Positions 9,658 to 18,333 of a stretch of 64,000 nt of DNA are shown here, in pieces (position 1 is the stretch's first letter; each line of letters begins with the position of its first letter). The translations under genes were made by a program, and so were the position numbers. The notes beneath the pieces were generated by a model, which was not told the DNA's origin, searched no databases, and saw only the letters and a program-made list of their open reading frames with translations. The stretch is from assembly GCA_005222965.1 (NCBI GenBank), contig NJBG01000001.1, positions 549,533 to 613,532 of the forward strand, in the 5' to 3' direction. The DNA comes from Candidatus Woesearchaeota archaeon B3_Woes (GTDB taxonomy: Archaea > Nanobdellota > Nanobdellia > Woesearchaeales > B3-WOES).

Positions 9658-11166
9658 TTAGTGTTGATGAATTGGTTCTATTGATTTAGGAAGCGAACCC
9701 CTAAATGTTGCTAATTCTTGTTCTGATACTTTTGGAGTTTGGATTTCATAAGGTTGTCTGCAATATCTACATCTCATTGTTCCATCATCATAAAATTTAA
9801 GGGGGATGTCTTCATTTACAACTCTTGTAACACAATTATCATTTTGACATAAGAGATACACAAATTTCTCAGATACTTCTCCCTCTCTTATAATATTAAT
9901 TGTTGCTTCTGGTGACATCAAAGCAATTCTTTTCAATTCTCTATTTGTAAGTTCTGGCAAATTTGTTTTTAAGAATGTTTTTTGGTGTTCAGAGAGAGAC
10001 GCAATAACAGAATCATATCTTCTTTTTTCTAATCCCAACTCATCAGCGATTTGTTTACCAACACCTTCAACCAAATGGTCTATAACCACGCCATCTGAAA
10101 TTTTATCAATATATAAGACTCCATTTACTCTTTCTTTCCCTGTTCTTTGCAATCTATTATTCCCATGTTCCAGCGCTGAACTTAAACTTCCACTAAATGT
10201 CGTGTATCCTTCATATTTTAACATTTCATAAAGCAAAGCCTTTCTCATTAAAACACCATTTTCTGCTTGTGGAAAAAATCCTTGCACAGAACTAAAGAAA
10301 ACCCTATAATCAATCTCTGCAATTTCACTATTTACAGGAAGAGGATGCATAACTTTAACATCTAATCCGTCAACTTTACTCAAATCAATTCTGGCATCTC
10401 CCATAAATCTTATTACATCTTCTTGAGTAACTCCTTCCATTCTTTCAAGTTGAGGTCTAGTCATATAATAGAATTCAGATTGTCTCATAACATCTTTTAC
10501 AGTTTGCTCTCTAATTACATTAATTCCTCTTGATTCTAACAAACTTGTTAAATCAGTTGGCATAGCTAAGAAATCATCTGCAGACCATCTTATTGTAATA
10601 TCATCAAAATGAGATAATGCCAAACTTAAAGATCTTATTGTTCTACCATAAGCTAAATCTCCCCCAAGACCCATATTTAAACCATTTAATCGACCATCAT
10701 TATACATATATAATGTAAATATATCAAGCAAAGCCTGTGTTGGATGCTCATTTGTTCCATCTCCTCCATTAATTACAGGGATATCAGCAACATCAGCAGC
10801 CCATTGTAATGAACCATCAAGAGGATGCCTCATAGCAATAACATCAAAATGATTTGCTTCCATCATCTTTATTGTATCCCTTATTGTCTCTTTTTTCGTT
10901 ACAGATGTTCCTTCTGTTCCTACAAAACCATCTCTTTGACCGCCAAGTTCGCGTATAGCTGTGTTGAAACTTGTTCTTGTTCTTGTACTTGGTTCATAAA
11001 ACATAGAAGCCAATGCTCTGTTTGTAAGTTGATGAGAAGAATCATATCTTTTGCCATTTTTCTCTAAATCATACATTCTTTGTGCTTGTTGACATAGATA
11101 AAGAATTTCTTCTTTTGTAAAGTCAGTTATTGAAATTATATCTTTATCTTGAAAGTCTATTTCCAT
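9658..11166 (-). CDS. pyrB: aspartate carbamoyltransferase, catalytic (PyrB) and regulatory (PyrI) chains fused in one ORF
   Basis: PyrB motifs are STRTR, HPTQ, HPLP and RPQLER. The C-terminal part carries the PyrI allosteric domain (ISDGVVIDHL) and a zinc domain (CQNDNC...CRYC). ATG 11166 is preferred over the track TTG at 11190 because GGAGAGGT lies about 8 nt upstream of it. Confidence 0.85.
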   Translation of the reverse strand: MEIDFQDKDIISITDFTKEEILYLCQQAQRMYDLEKNGKRYDSSHQLTNRALASMFYEPSTRTRTSFNTAIRELGGQRDGFVGTEGTSVTKKETIRDTIKMMEANHFDVIAMRHPLDGSLQWAADVADIPVINGGDGTNEHPTQALLDIFTLYMYNDGRLNGLNMGLGGDLAYGRTIRSLSLALSHFDDITIRWSADDFLAMPTDLTSLLESRGINVIREQTVKDVMRQSEFYYMTRPQLERMEGVTQEDVIRFMGDARIDLSKVDGLDVKVMHPLPVNSEIAEIDYRVFFSSVQGFFPQAENGVLMRKALLYEMLKYEGYTTFSGSLSSALEHGNNRLQRTGKERVNGVLYIDKISDGVVIDHLVEGVGKQIADELGLEKRRYDSVIASLSEHQKTFLKTNLPELTNRELKRIALMSPEATINIIREGEVSEKFVYLLCQNDNCVTRVVNEDIPLKFYDDGTMRCRYCRQPYEIQTPKVSEQELATFRGSLPKSIEPIHQH

Positions 11167-11498
11167 TTTGTTTACCTCTCCTTTCTCCAATATTTATCTT
11201 TTCACCTGATGTTGTCAATTAAAACACCCCTTAAAGAATTCTTTATCGCTTTTAATAATTTGGACCATACTAAAAATATAAGAAATGAACTATTCTTTAA
11301 ATATTTTATTGTAATCCAGTAGTTATGTCGACGAGAAATTAAAAAGGTTACCCCTATCAAAAACTTAGAATATACCTATTTTAGAATAGTAATAGAATTT
11401 AAATATTTTTTGGTGATACAAAAGATATATTTGATTATGTTCTATTTACTGTAACAAATCTTTTAAATAGATGAATGATCTTAATATGGGGGAGTTGA

Positions 11499-12926
11499 AT
11501 GTTGGACGATTTAAGACATAATTGTGGAGTTGTAGTAGCCCATACGCTTCATGATGCTTATTCTTTTGGAGAATCTCTTCAACCTAGAGGGAGAGAAGCA
11601 GCTGGACTTGGAGCAATAGGCGACGATAGAATAGATGTTGTTAAATGGAAAGGTCCAATTAAAAGATTTAGTATTACGGATTTACATAGAATTTTTCCAG
11701 GACATAATTATCATACTTATTTTTTTCATACAAGATATGCAACAAGAGGGAGAAAAGATGAAATTTTAGAAGATGCACATCCTATCACAATAGGTGGACG
11801 AACTGAAGGCAACGGAGACCATGTTTTTATATTAGATTGTGAAGCAGCCATTATACATAATGGTCAAGTCAATGGGGGGTTTTTTAAAGATATAGACTCT
11901 AATTTAGTAAGAACAGGAGGCGACTCAGAATATTTACTACATTTCTTTAGACAATATAGTGAACGTGAAATTCTAAGAAATATTCCTGGAGCGTATACTT
12001 TAGCAATTGCAGATAAAGGAAGAAAAGATGTTGTTGTGTTAAGAGATAGAACAGGTATGAAGCCAGGGGTTTTAGGTTGGAAAGATGGGAAAGTCGTAAT
12101 GGCTTCAGAAGACGTAGCATTCAACGAGAATGGAGCCACAGTGATAGAAGAATTAACTCCTGGTTCTATTTATTATCTCCACCCACAGGGAGATTATAGA
12201 AAAGAGCAAGTTATTGATTCCAAATTAAAATCTTGTTTTTTTGAGTATAATTACATTGCTAATGTGCTTTCAACATTAGGTGGAGTTAGTGTAAGAACAG
12301 TAAGATCTTTAATGGGAGAAGCACTTGCAAATGATCCAGATATTTCTAATATCATTGAAAATATTGATATTGTGACTTACATGCCTCGTTGTCCCGAACC
12401 AGCAGCAAGAAAATTCGCTGAAAAAATAGGTAAACCATTTGAATTTGTTTTTTATAAGCCAAATGACGAAAGAGCATTTCAAGGATCAACACTTGAAGAG
12501 AGAGCAAACTCTATACGTGGAAATTTATTTCTTATACCAGAAATTAAACAAAAAATAAAAGATAAAGTTGTGGCTGTTGTTGACGATAGCTTAGTTAGAG
12601 GAAATAATTCAACTCATGCAAGGAATCTGCTTTATAATCAAGCACAAGTAAGAGAAGCACATTTGATAAATTATACTCCTCCAATTGGAATAATTGGAGA
12701 CGATGGAATCCAAAGAGGGTGTAGTTTTGGTGTAGATATGCCTCAAAATGATAAGTTTGTTGCAAGAGATAGAACATTAGATCAAATAGCAAAACACATT
12801 GGTATGCCAGTTCATTATCTCTCTTTAAAAGGTATGTTAGGAGTATTTGCTAAACTAGGTATTAATAAAAAAAACCTATGTTATTTCTGTATTGGTGGGA
12901 ATGAGCCATTTAAATTAGAAATCTAA
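11499..12926 (+). CDS. purF: amidophosphoribosyltransferase-like protein (class II glutamine amidotransferase + PRTase)
   Basis: N-terminal NCGVVVAH supplies an Ntn-type Cys nucleophile after a short propeptide. The PRPP-binding loop is VVAVVDDSLVRGNNS. The sequence is divergent from canonical PurF. Confidence 0.65.
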   Translation: MLDDLRHNCGVVVAHTLHDAYSFGESLQPRGREAAGLGAIGDDRIDVVKWKGPIKRFSITDLHRIFPGHNYHTYFFHTRYATRGRKDEILEDAHPITIGGRTEGNGDHVFILDCEAAIIHNGQVNGGFFKDIDSNLVRTGGDSEYLLHFFRQYSEREILRNIPGAYTLAIADKGRKDVVVLRDRTGMKPGVLGWKDGKVVMASEDVAFNENGATVIEELTPGSIYYLHPQGDYRKEQVIDSKLKSCFFEYNYIANVLSTLGGVSVRTVRSLMGEALANDPDISNIIENIDIVTYMPRCPEPAARKFAEKIGKPFEFVFYKPNDERAFQGSTLEERANSIRGNLFLIPEIKQKIKDKVVAVVDDSLVRGNNSTHARNLLYNQAQVREAHLINYTPPIGIIGDDGIQRGCSFGVDMPQNDKFVARDRTLDQIAKHIGMPVHYLSLKGMLGVFAKLGINKKNLCYFCIGGNEPFKLEI

Positions 12927-13032
12927 GTGAAAACCAATGAAACCTTTTTCTTGTTACCATTAGGAAATACTCCACAAAGTTTTTAATAGACGAGCAGTTT
13001 TTATACTATATAACTAATGGGTGGTACTAACA

Positions 13033-13629
13033 ATGCATTTTTTTAAGAAAAAAAAAGGAGACCTAGATTTAGATTTACCTCCACCGCCAAAACCTGGTTC
13101 TGAAATGACTAAACCTAAAGAAAAAACAAAAGAATTAGAACCTGCTCCCCATCAATTAAAAAAAAATGAAGCGAAAGACAAGTTTCCTCATATTCATGAT
13201 ATCAAAGATCTTGAAAAAGATCTACCTCCTTTGCCTGATTTAGAAGAATTAGAAAAAGAATTGCCTCCTTTAAGAAAAATGGGCAAAGAAGAACTTCCAA
13301 AATTAAAATATCCTGAAATAGAACACGAAAAAGAACCTGAACAAATAAGCGCAGGACCTATTGAAAAACCAGAGTTAACTCAAGACGAAAAACCTATGCT
13401 AAAAGGACCTGTTTTTGTAGGTGTTGGTTCATATAAAAATGCACTTAGTGATATTATTCTTATTAGAAGCAAAATAAAAGAAAGTGAAGATTCTTTGAAA
13501 AGATTAAACGAAATAAAAAATTCTAAAGATAAATATTTTGAACAGTTCAGATTTAAATTAGAAGATCTTCAAAGAAAAAGTGTGTATGTTGATAAAAATT
13601 TATTTGAAGGGGGGATGTCAAATGAATAG
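13033..13629 (+). CDS. Pro/Glu/Lys-rich protein with C-terminal coiled coil (paralog 1 of 3)
   Basis: ATG 13033 lies behind GGGTGGT. Repeated (E)LPPLP-type polyproline tracts are followed by PVFVGVGSYKNALSDIILIRSKIKESEDSLKRLNEIK. Confidence 0.6.
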   Translation: MHFFKKKKGDLDLDLPPPPKPGSEMTKPKEKTKELEPAPHQLKKNEAKDKFPHIHDIKDLEKDLPPLPDLEELEKELPPLRKMGKEELPKLKYPEIEHEKEPEQISAGPIEKPELTQDEKPMLKGPVFVGVGSYKNALSDIILIRSKIKESEDSLKRLNEIKNSKDKYFEQFRFKLEDLQRKSVYVDKNLFEGGMSNE

Positions 13630-13855
13630 TCAGGAAATGCCTATTTTTGTTCGAATCGAGGAATACAAAGAAGTGTTAGATGTTATGGAATTAATAAAAA
13701 ATAAAATATCACAAGCAAATAGTATTCTTGGTAAAATAAACGAACTAAAAAACGAGGAAGATGCTGAATTAGAAGCATGGAAAACAAATCTCGAAGAAAT
13801 AGAAAGAAAAGTAGATAACATAGATAGTTCTCTAATTGAACCAGAGTCTGTTTAA
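13622..13855 (+). CDS. small coiled-coil protein (paralog 2 of 3)
   Basis: ATG 13622 overlaps the upstream stop (ATGAATAG) and follows GGGGGG. The PIFVRIEEYKEVLDVMELIKNKISQANSILGKINELK pattern is shared with both neighbours. Confidence 0.6.
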   Translation: MNSQEMPIFVRIEEYKEVLDVMELIKNKISQANSILGKINELKNEEDAELEAWKTNLEEIERKVDNIDSSLIEPESV

Positions 13856-13856
13856 A

Positions 13857-14240
13857 ATGACCGAAGAAGATACATTTTATGTTGGAGTTAATGATTCAGC
13901 TAATTTACGGAAGGAATTGCTTGGGTGCTCAAAAGAAGCAATATATATTCTAAAAAACTACGATAAAATAAATTCTATAAGAAAAGACAAGATTGAAAAA
14001 ATAATAGAATTACAAAAAATACTAGGAGAGATAAAAAAATTAAATAATATATTAAGAGAAAGATTACCTTCTGAAAAAGTAAGAGCGAAATCTTTAAAAA
14101 CAAAAAAAAGAGTTGTGAAAAAAACAACCATTAAAAAAATTATCCCAAACGTTGTTCCAAAAAAACAAGATAATGAAATACAACAGTTAGAAGGGGAATT
14201 AAGCGAAATAGAAAATAGATTAAGTAATATTGGTGTTTAG
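13857..14240 (+). CDS. small coiled-coil protein with Lys-rich tail (paralog 3 of 3)
   Basis: ATG 13857 lies 1 nt after the upstream stop. It contains TFYVGVNDSANLRKELLGCSKEAIYILKNYDKINSIRK. Confidence 0.6.
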   Translation: MTEEDTFYVGVNDSANLRKELLGCSKEAIYILKNYDKINSIRKDKIEKIIELQKILGEIKKLNNILRERLPSEKVRAKSLKTKKRVVKKTTIKKIIPNVVPKKQDNEIQQLEGELSEIENRLSNIGV

Positions 14241-14247
14241 GGAAAGG

Positions 14248-14258
14248 TTTTTATAATA
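14248..14258 (+). promoter_or_regulatory. TATA box for the tRNA gene
   Basis: TTTTTATAATA ends about 25 nt upstream of tRNA position 1 (14283), the usual archaeal spacing. Confidence 0.55.
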
Positions 14259-14282
14259 CATTCTGATTCTAAAATTTTGTTT

Positions 14283-14446
14283 GAGGGGATGCCGGAGTGG
14301 CCAAACGGGATAGTGTTTGGTAACATATGGTACTAAACATCCAAACTCAAGTTATTGAGTAATGAGGTCTAACAAGGTCGATGAAATACTCGTATGCGCC
14401 ATCTATTGGCTTAGTGCCTACTAGGGTTCGAATCCCTATCCCCTCA
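14283..14446 (+). tRNA. tRNA-Leu(CAA), class II, with two introns (30/31 and 37/38); no encoded CCA
   Basis: The 7-bp acceptor stem is GAGGGGA/TCCCCTC with A73. The D arm is CCG-GAGTGGCCAAA-CGG. The T arm is TAGGG-TTCGAAT-CCCTA. The variable arm is GGC-TTAGT-GCC. Removing 14314-14344 and 14352-14400 gives anticodon stem ATAGA/TCTAT and loop CUCAAGA. Intron 1 forms a bulge-helix-bulge: central helix GGAU(14308-11)/AUCC(14339-42), 3-nt bulges AG|U and AA|A, and an 8-bp helix GUUUGGUA/UACUAAAC. Confidence 0.8.
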
Positions 14447-14494
14447 TTTTCTCTTTACAAAGATTTTTATAGTATAAAATTTGATTTGTTAACT

Positions 14495-15832
14495 ATGATA
14501 GAAATAACAGCAGTTGGTGGTTATAATGAGGTTGGAAAAAACTGCACCGCTATAAACATTGACGGAGACGTTATTCTTTGTGATTTAGGATTACATCTTG
14601 AAAATTATATCAAATACACGGATTCTGAAGAAGAAGACATAAGAAAGATTAGTGGAGCAGCATTAATGAAAGTTAAAGCTGTTCCTGATATAAGCGCCAT
14701 AGAACATATTAAAAAAAAAGTTAAAGCAATAGTTTCAACGCACGCACATCTAGATCATATTGGGGCAATTCCATATCTAAGCAACAAATTTGATTGCGAT
14801 ATATTTGGAACTCCATTCACAGGAGCAGTTTTGAAAACTATCTTAAAAGACGAAGGAATTAATCTAAAAAACAACATCAAAATATTGAATGTTAATTCTA
14901 TTTACTCTCTAACAAAAAACATTAAAATTGAGTTTATCAACATGACTCATTCAACCCCTCAGACTGTGATGATAGCTATCCATACAAAATATGGTATTAT
15001 TGTTTATGCTAATGATTTTAAGCTTGACAGCTACCCTGTTTTAGGAAAAAAAGCAAATTTTGAAAGACTAAGAGAGATAGGAAAAAAAGGAGTACTCGCT
15101 CTAATATGTGATTCATTATATTCCCGCGATTCCAGAAAAACTCCTTCTGAAAGTGTTGCAAAAGAAATGTTAAAAGATGTTTTATTAGGAACAGATTCAA
15201 AAGACAAGCTTATTGTTGTAACAACATTTGCTAGCCACCTAGCAAGATTGAAAAGTATTGTTGATATTGGTTTGAAATTAAACAGGAGAATAATATTTCT
15301 AGGAAGAAGTTTAGCAAAATATACTCAGGCAGGAGAGGATATAAGAATTATAAAATTCTCTGATAAAGTAGAATTAATAAAATATGGTAAAGCAGTTAAA
15401 AAACGTTTAAAATTAATAAAAGACAATAAAAGAAGCAAATATATGCTTGTTGTAACAGGGCACCAAGGAGAACCAAAAGCTGTTTTGAGTAAAATAGCCA
15501 ACAACGAAATTGAATTTAAATTAAAACCAGAAGACCATGTAATATTTTCATGTAAAACCATACCTACAAAAACAAACATTGAACAAAGGGCTTTTCTTGA
15601 AAAAAGATTAAGAAAAGTAGGGGTTAGAGTTTTCAAAGATATACATGTTTCAGGTCATGCAGGTAGAGAAGATTTAAGAGATTTATTGAATATATTAAAG
15701 CCAAAACACATATTTCCTGCACATGGTAATATGGAAATGATGAGAGGAATGGAAGATTTAGCATTAGAGATGAAATTCAATAAAAATAACATTCATTTGA
15801 TGAAGAATGGTTCTAAAATAAAGATTACATAG
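14495..15832 (+). CDS. rnj: archaeal RNase J (metallo-beta-lactamase / beta-CASP)
   Basis: MIEITAVGGYNEVGKNC N-terminus, HAHLDHIG motif, and C-terminal HVSGHAGREDL. ATG 14495 is chosen because the track start 14381 lies inside the tRNA gene. Confidence 0.85.
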   Translation: MIEITAVGGYNEVGKNCTAINIDGDVILCDLGLHLENYIKYTDSEEEDIRKISGAALMKVKAVPDISAIEHIKKKVKAIVSTHAHLDHIGAIPYLSNKFDCDIFGTPFTGAVLKTILKDEGINLKNNIKILNVNSIYSLTKNIKIEFINMTHSTPQTVMIAIHTKYGIIVYANDFKLDSYPVLGKKANFERLREIGKKGVLALICDSLYSRDSRKTPSESVAKEMLKDVLLGTDSKDKLIVVTTFASHLARLKSIVDIGLKLNRRIIFLGRSLAKYTQAGEDIRIIKFSDKVELIKYGKAVKKRLKLIKDNKRSKYMLVVTGHQGEPKAVLSKIANNEIEFKLKPEDHVIFSCKTIPTKTNIEQRAFLEKRLRKVGVRVFKDIHVSGHAGREDLRDLLNILKPKHIFPAHGNMEMMRGMEDLALEMKFNKNNIHLMKNGSKIKIT

Positions 15833-15893
15833 TTAAGAAAGTTTTATATATTGGCACATTTTACTCTATATATTGAGAGGGGGTTATTTAAAG

Positions 15894-16637
15894 ATGAAAC
15901 TTACACTAGCTGAACCAAAATATCTAAAAGACAGTATTTCAATCATTTCTGAATTAGTTACTGAAGCAAAATTTAAGATTACACCAAACGCAATGGAATT
16001 AGTTGCAATGGATCCTGCAAATGTTGCTATGATTATTTTTAAGCTATTGAGTTCTTGTTTTACAGAATACGATGTTAAAAAAGAAACAGAACTATCAATT
16101 GATTTAGGAAATTTTAAGCAGATCTTGAGAAGAGCAGGAGCCAACGACATGCTTAGTATGGAAATTGGAGACAACAGATTAAAAGTACAGCTTAAGGGAA
16201 GAACAACCAGAACATTTTCATTACCTTTACTTGATAGCGAGGAAAAAGAACAAAAAGTGCCTGAGTTAAATTTCCCTCTTAAAATAACCACAACCACTTC
16301 TATATTTAATGATGCTATAGAAGATGTTGATATTGTTGCAGAGAGTGTTACATTTGAAGCGGATAAAAACAATTTTGTTATTGAAGGAGAATCTGATCTA
16401 TCAAACGCACATATTGAGATAAAATCTAGTGATGATACTAATATAACTTCTGATAGCGATGATAAAATAAGATCAAAGTATAGTGTTGAATATCTAAAAA
16501 AAATAACTAGTGCTTCTAAATTATGCGATAATGTTGTAATCCAGTTTAACAAAGATTATCCTTTAAAATTAGACTATGTCATGGTTGATAAAATTCAATT
16601 GAGTTTTATATTAGCCCCAAGAGTAGAAAACGACTAA
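15894..16637 (+). CDS. pcn: DNA polymerase sliding clamp PCNA
   Basis: 247 aa starting at ATG 15894 behind GAGAGGGGG. N-terminal pattern AKFKITPNAMELVAMDPANVAM and C-terminal LSFILAPRVE are typical of archaeal PCNA. Confidence 0.8.
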   Translation: MKLTLAEPKYLKDSISIISELVTEAKFKITPNAMELVAMDPANVAMIIFKLLSSCFTEYDVKKETELSIDLGNFKQILRRAGANDMLSMEIGDNRLKVQLKGRTTRTFSLPLLDSEEKEQKVPELNFPLKITTTTSIFNDAIEDVDIVAESVTFEADKNNFVIEGESDLSNAHIEIKSSDDTNITSDSDDKIRSKYSVEYLKKITSASKLCDNVVIQFNKDYPLKLDYVMVDKIQLSFILAPRVEND

Positions 16638-16665
16638 AGTATAGGAGCTATTAGTTTTTATCAAT

Positions 16666-18057
16666 TTATTCTTGAACTTTTAACGTATCAATTGTGATGG
16701 GCGTCAAAATTCTTTCCCAACCATTATATTGTAAATGTTCAATATGCGTTTCTTCATTTGGGTTTGTTAACCCCAGTTGTCTTTGCATATCATATATTTC
16801 GGCAGCAAGAGTTATGGTGCCAACAACAGAAGGCAAATTCAATCCTAATTGTTGATTTAGTTCACTTGTAATTATTTCTCTTGCTCTGCAATAATGTTCT
16901 GCTTGACCTTCAATTTCTTTTTCTTCTGCAATTGATTCTAACCTTATTGCTTCTTTTAGATTAGTATCATATAAATCTCTTGATGGCCATTCCCCTTTAG
17001 ATCCTAAAAGCATTCTCATAATGTTCTGAGAACTAGCAACAAAAGACACTGTATCTTCTACGACTCCATTAAACCCAGAATCTTTTACATATTGAGAACC
17101 AGTAAAATCAGTTATACTTCCTAAACGAATATTTTGTTCATGAATAGGACCTAGATGAGTTATTCCTGCTTTCCACATAATAGCCAAATCTCTTGTTGCA
17201 CCCCGGATTATATACTCTGCTAAGTCCTCTTTAGACATATTTAATGCTTCTGCAACATCAGGAAGATCCTCATGATAATGAGATACTGAAGGGCTTGATT
17301 TAACAGCTCTAACATATGCACCCAAACTTTCTCCATTAAATTGATGTAACTGTGGTATCTCATATGCACAAATTAATATAACACTATCATAACTATTAGC
17401 ATTTAAGTGATTAAGCATTTCGACAGAATGTTCCATTCTTGTTTTTGTCATCCCACCATTACATTCTCTACCACCCCGAAAACCATTTATTAAATCAAGA
17501 GGCATATCTCCATAATTTACCCCTTTTACTTCTAAGAGATATAACTCATCATTAATCAGGATAGGTTGTTCTAAAGTGGCTGTTCTTCCAGTAGTCCATT
17601 TCATTCTTTGAACTTCTACTGGAACTTTCTCCCCAGTAGACTCTAATCCAAAATCATTTGGACTATAGAATGCTGCTAAAGAATTAACTCCTAATTGTGA
17701 TAAAATTTCATCTAAATCGGGATGTGCTTGAACTAAATCAACCCCTTTTAGGATATCAAAATCCTTTGAAATTAATGTATATTCATTTGTTGCATCATCA
17801 TTGTTTGAACTAGTCTCAAATCCAACCAACCTTTCCCATAATTTATTTTCTTCTTTGTCCCAAATACTACCTATATCGAGTAATGGGCTTTTTGAATCTG
17901 AACATATAATCTTTTCTACGCCGTCTTCATTAGGTCGAGGATATGACATAATATTCTTGTATCTTGAAAAATCAAAGACATAACTATTTCTTTCTGGAAG
18001 CATTATATCTCTCAATTTGCCATCAATTATGACCCTACCATTTCTTACTTTATTCAT
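16666..18057 (-). CDS. uncharacterised 463-aa protein with weak kinase-like motifs
   Basis: Long ORF with noticeably higher GC than its neighbours. LYLLEVKGV and HLGPIHEQNIRLGSITDF resemble the VAIK and HxxxxN...DF motifs of protein-kinase-like folds, which is speculative. ATG 18057 overlaps the stop of the upstream RHH gene (ATGAATAA) and follows GAGGGT. Alternative starts extend to 18075. Confidence 0.6.
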   Translation of the reverse strand: MNKVRNGRVIIDGKLRDIMLPERNSYVFDFSRYKNIMSYPRPNEDGVEKIICSDSKSPLLDIGSIWDKEENKLWERLVGFETSSNNDDATNEYTLISKDFDILKGVDLVQAHPDLDEILSQLGVNSLAAFYSPNDFGLESTGEKVPVEVQRMKWTTGRTATLEQPILINDELYLLEVKGVNYGDMPLDLINGFRGGRECNGGMTKTRMEHSVEMLNHLNANSYDSVILICAYEIPQLHQFNGESLGAYVRAVKSSPSVSHYHEDLPDVAEALNMSKEDLAEYIIRGATRDLAIMWKAGITHLGPIHEQNIRLGSITDFTGSQYVKDSGFNGVVEDTVSFVASSQNIMRMLLGSKGEWPSRDLYDTNLKEAIRLESIAEEKEIEGQAEHYCRAREIITSELNQQLGLNLPSVVGTITLAAEIYDMQRQLGLTNPNEETHIEHLQYNGWERILTPITIDTLKVQE

Positions 18058-18196
18058 TTCTACCCTCATTTTCAAGAAGTTTTCTTATGGCAAATTCAAA
18101 TATATGGGACTGATTTCTAAAAGAACCATCTCTAAGCTTATCTTTTAATTTAAGCATGATTTCTTCATCTATTGTAATACTAGTCTGATGTTTCAT
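18056..18196 (-). CDS. ribbon-helix-helix (CopG/Arc-like) protein, 46 aa
   Basis: Below the track length cutoff. Hand translation gives MKHQTSITIDEEIMLKLKDKLRDGSFRNQSHIFEFAIRKLLENEGRNE. The strand-helix-helix pattern is typical of RHH repressors and antitoxins. Confidence 0.65.
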
Positions 18197-18333
18197 AATA
18201 TATTATATCAGAATACATCATTCCTTTATAAATGTTTCTACTGATTAGTAGTTATATTATTTAATGGAGATAAAAACGACCAAATTTAGAAAGCAAAAGT
18301 TTATAAATATCTAGTTCTAGAAATATTGCAAGA

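Noticed and set aside
10825-11067. 80-aa ORF opposite pyrBI
   Set aside because: It is embedded in the ATCase gene and is Cys/Phe/Ser-rich nonsense with no motif.
14381-14494. N-terminal extension of the RNase J ORF suggested by the track
   Set aside because: The extension overlaps the 3' exon and T arm of tRNA-Leu. The conserved RNase J N-terminus (MIEITAVGGYNEVGKNC) starts at ATG 14495.
15884-16552. 222-aa ORF antisense to PCNA
   Set aside because: It lies fully inside the PCNA gene on the opposite strand, is low-complexity and Ser/Leu/Ile-rich, and has no motifs. The plus-strand product is clearly PCNA.
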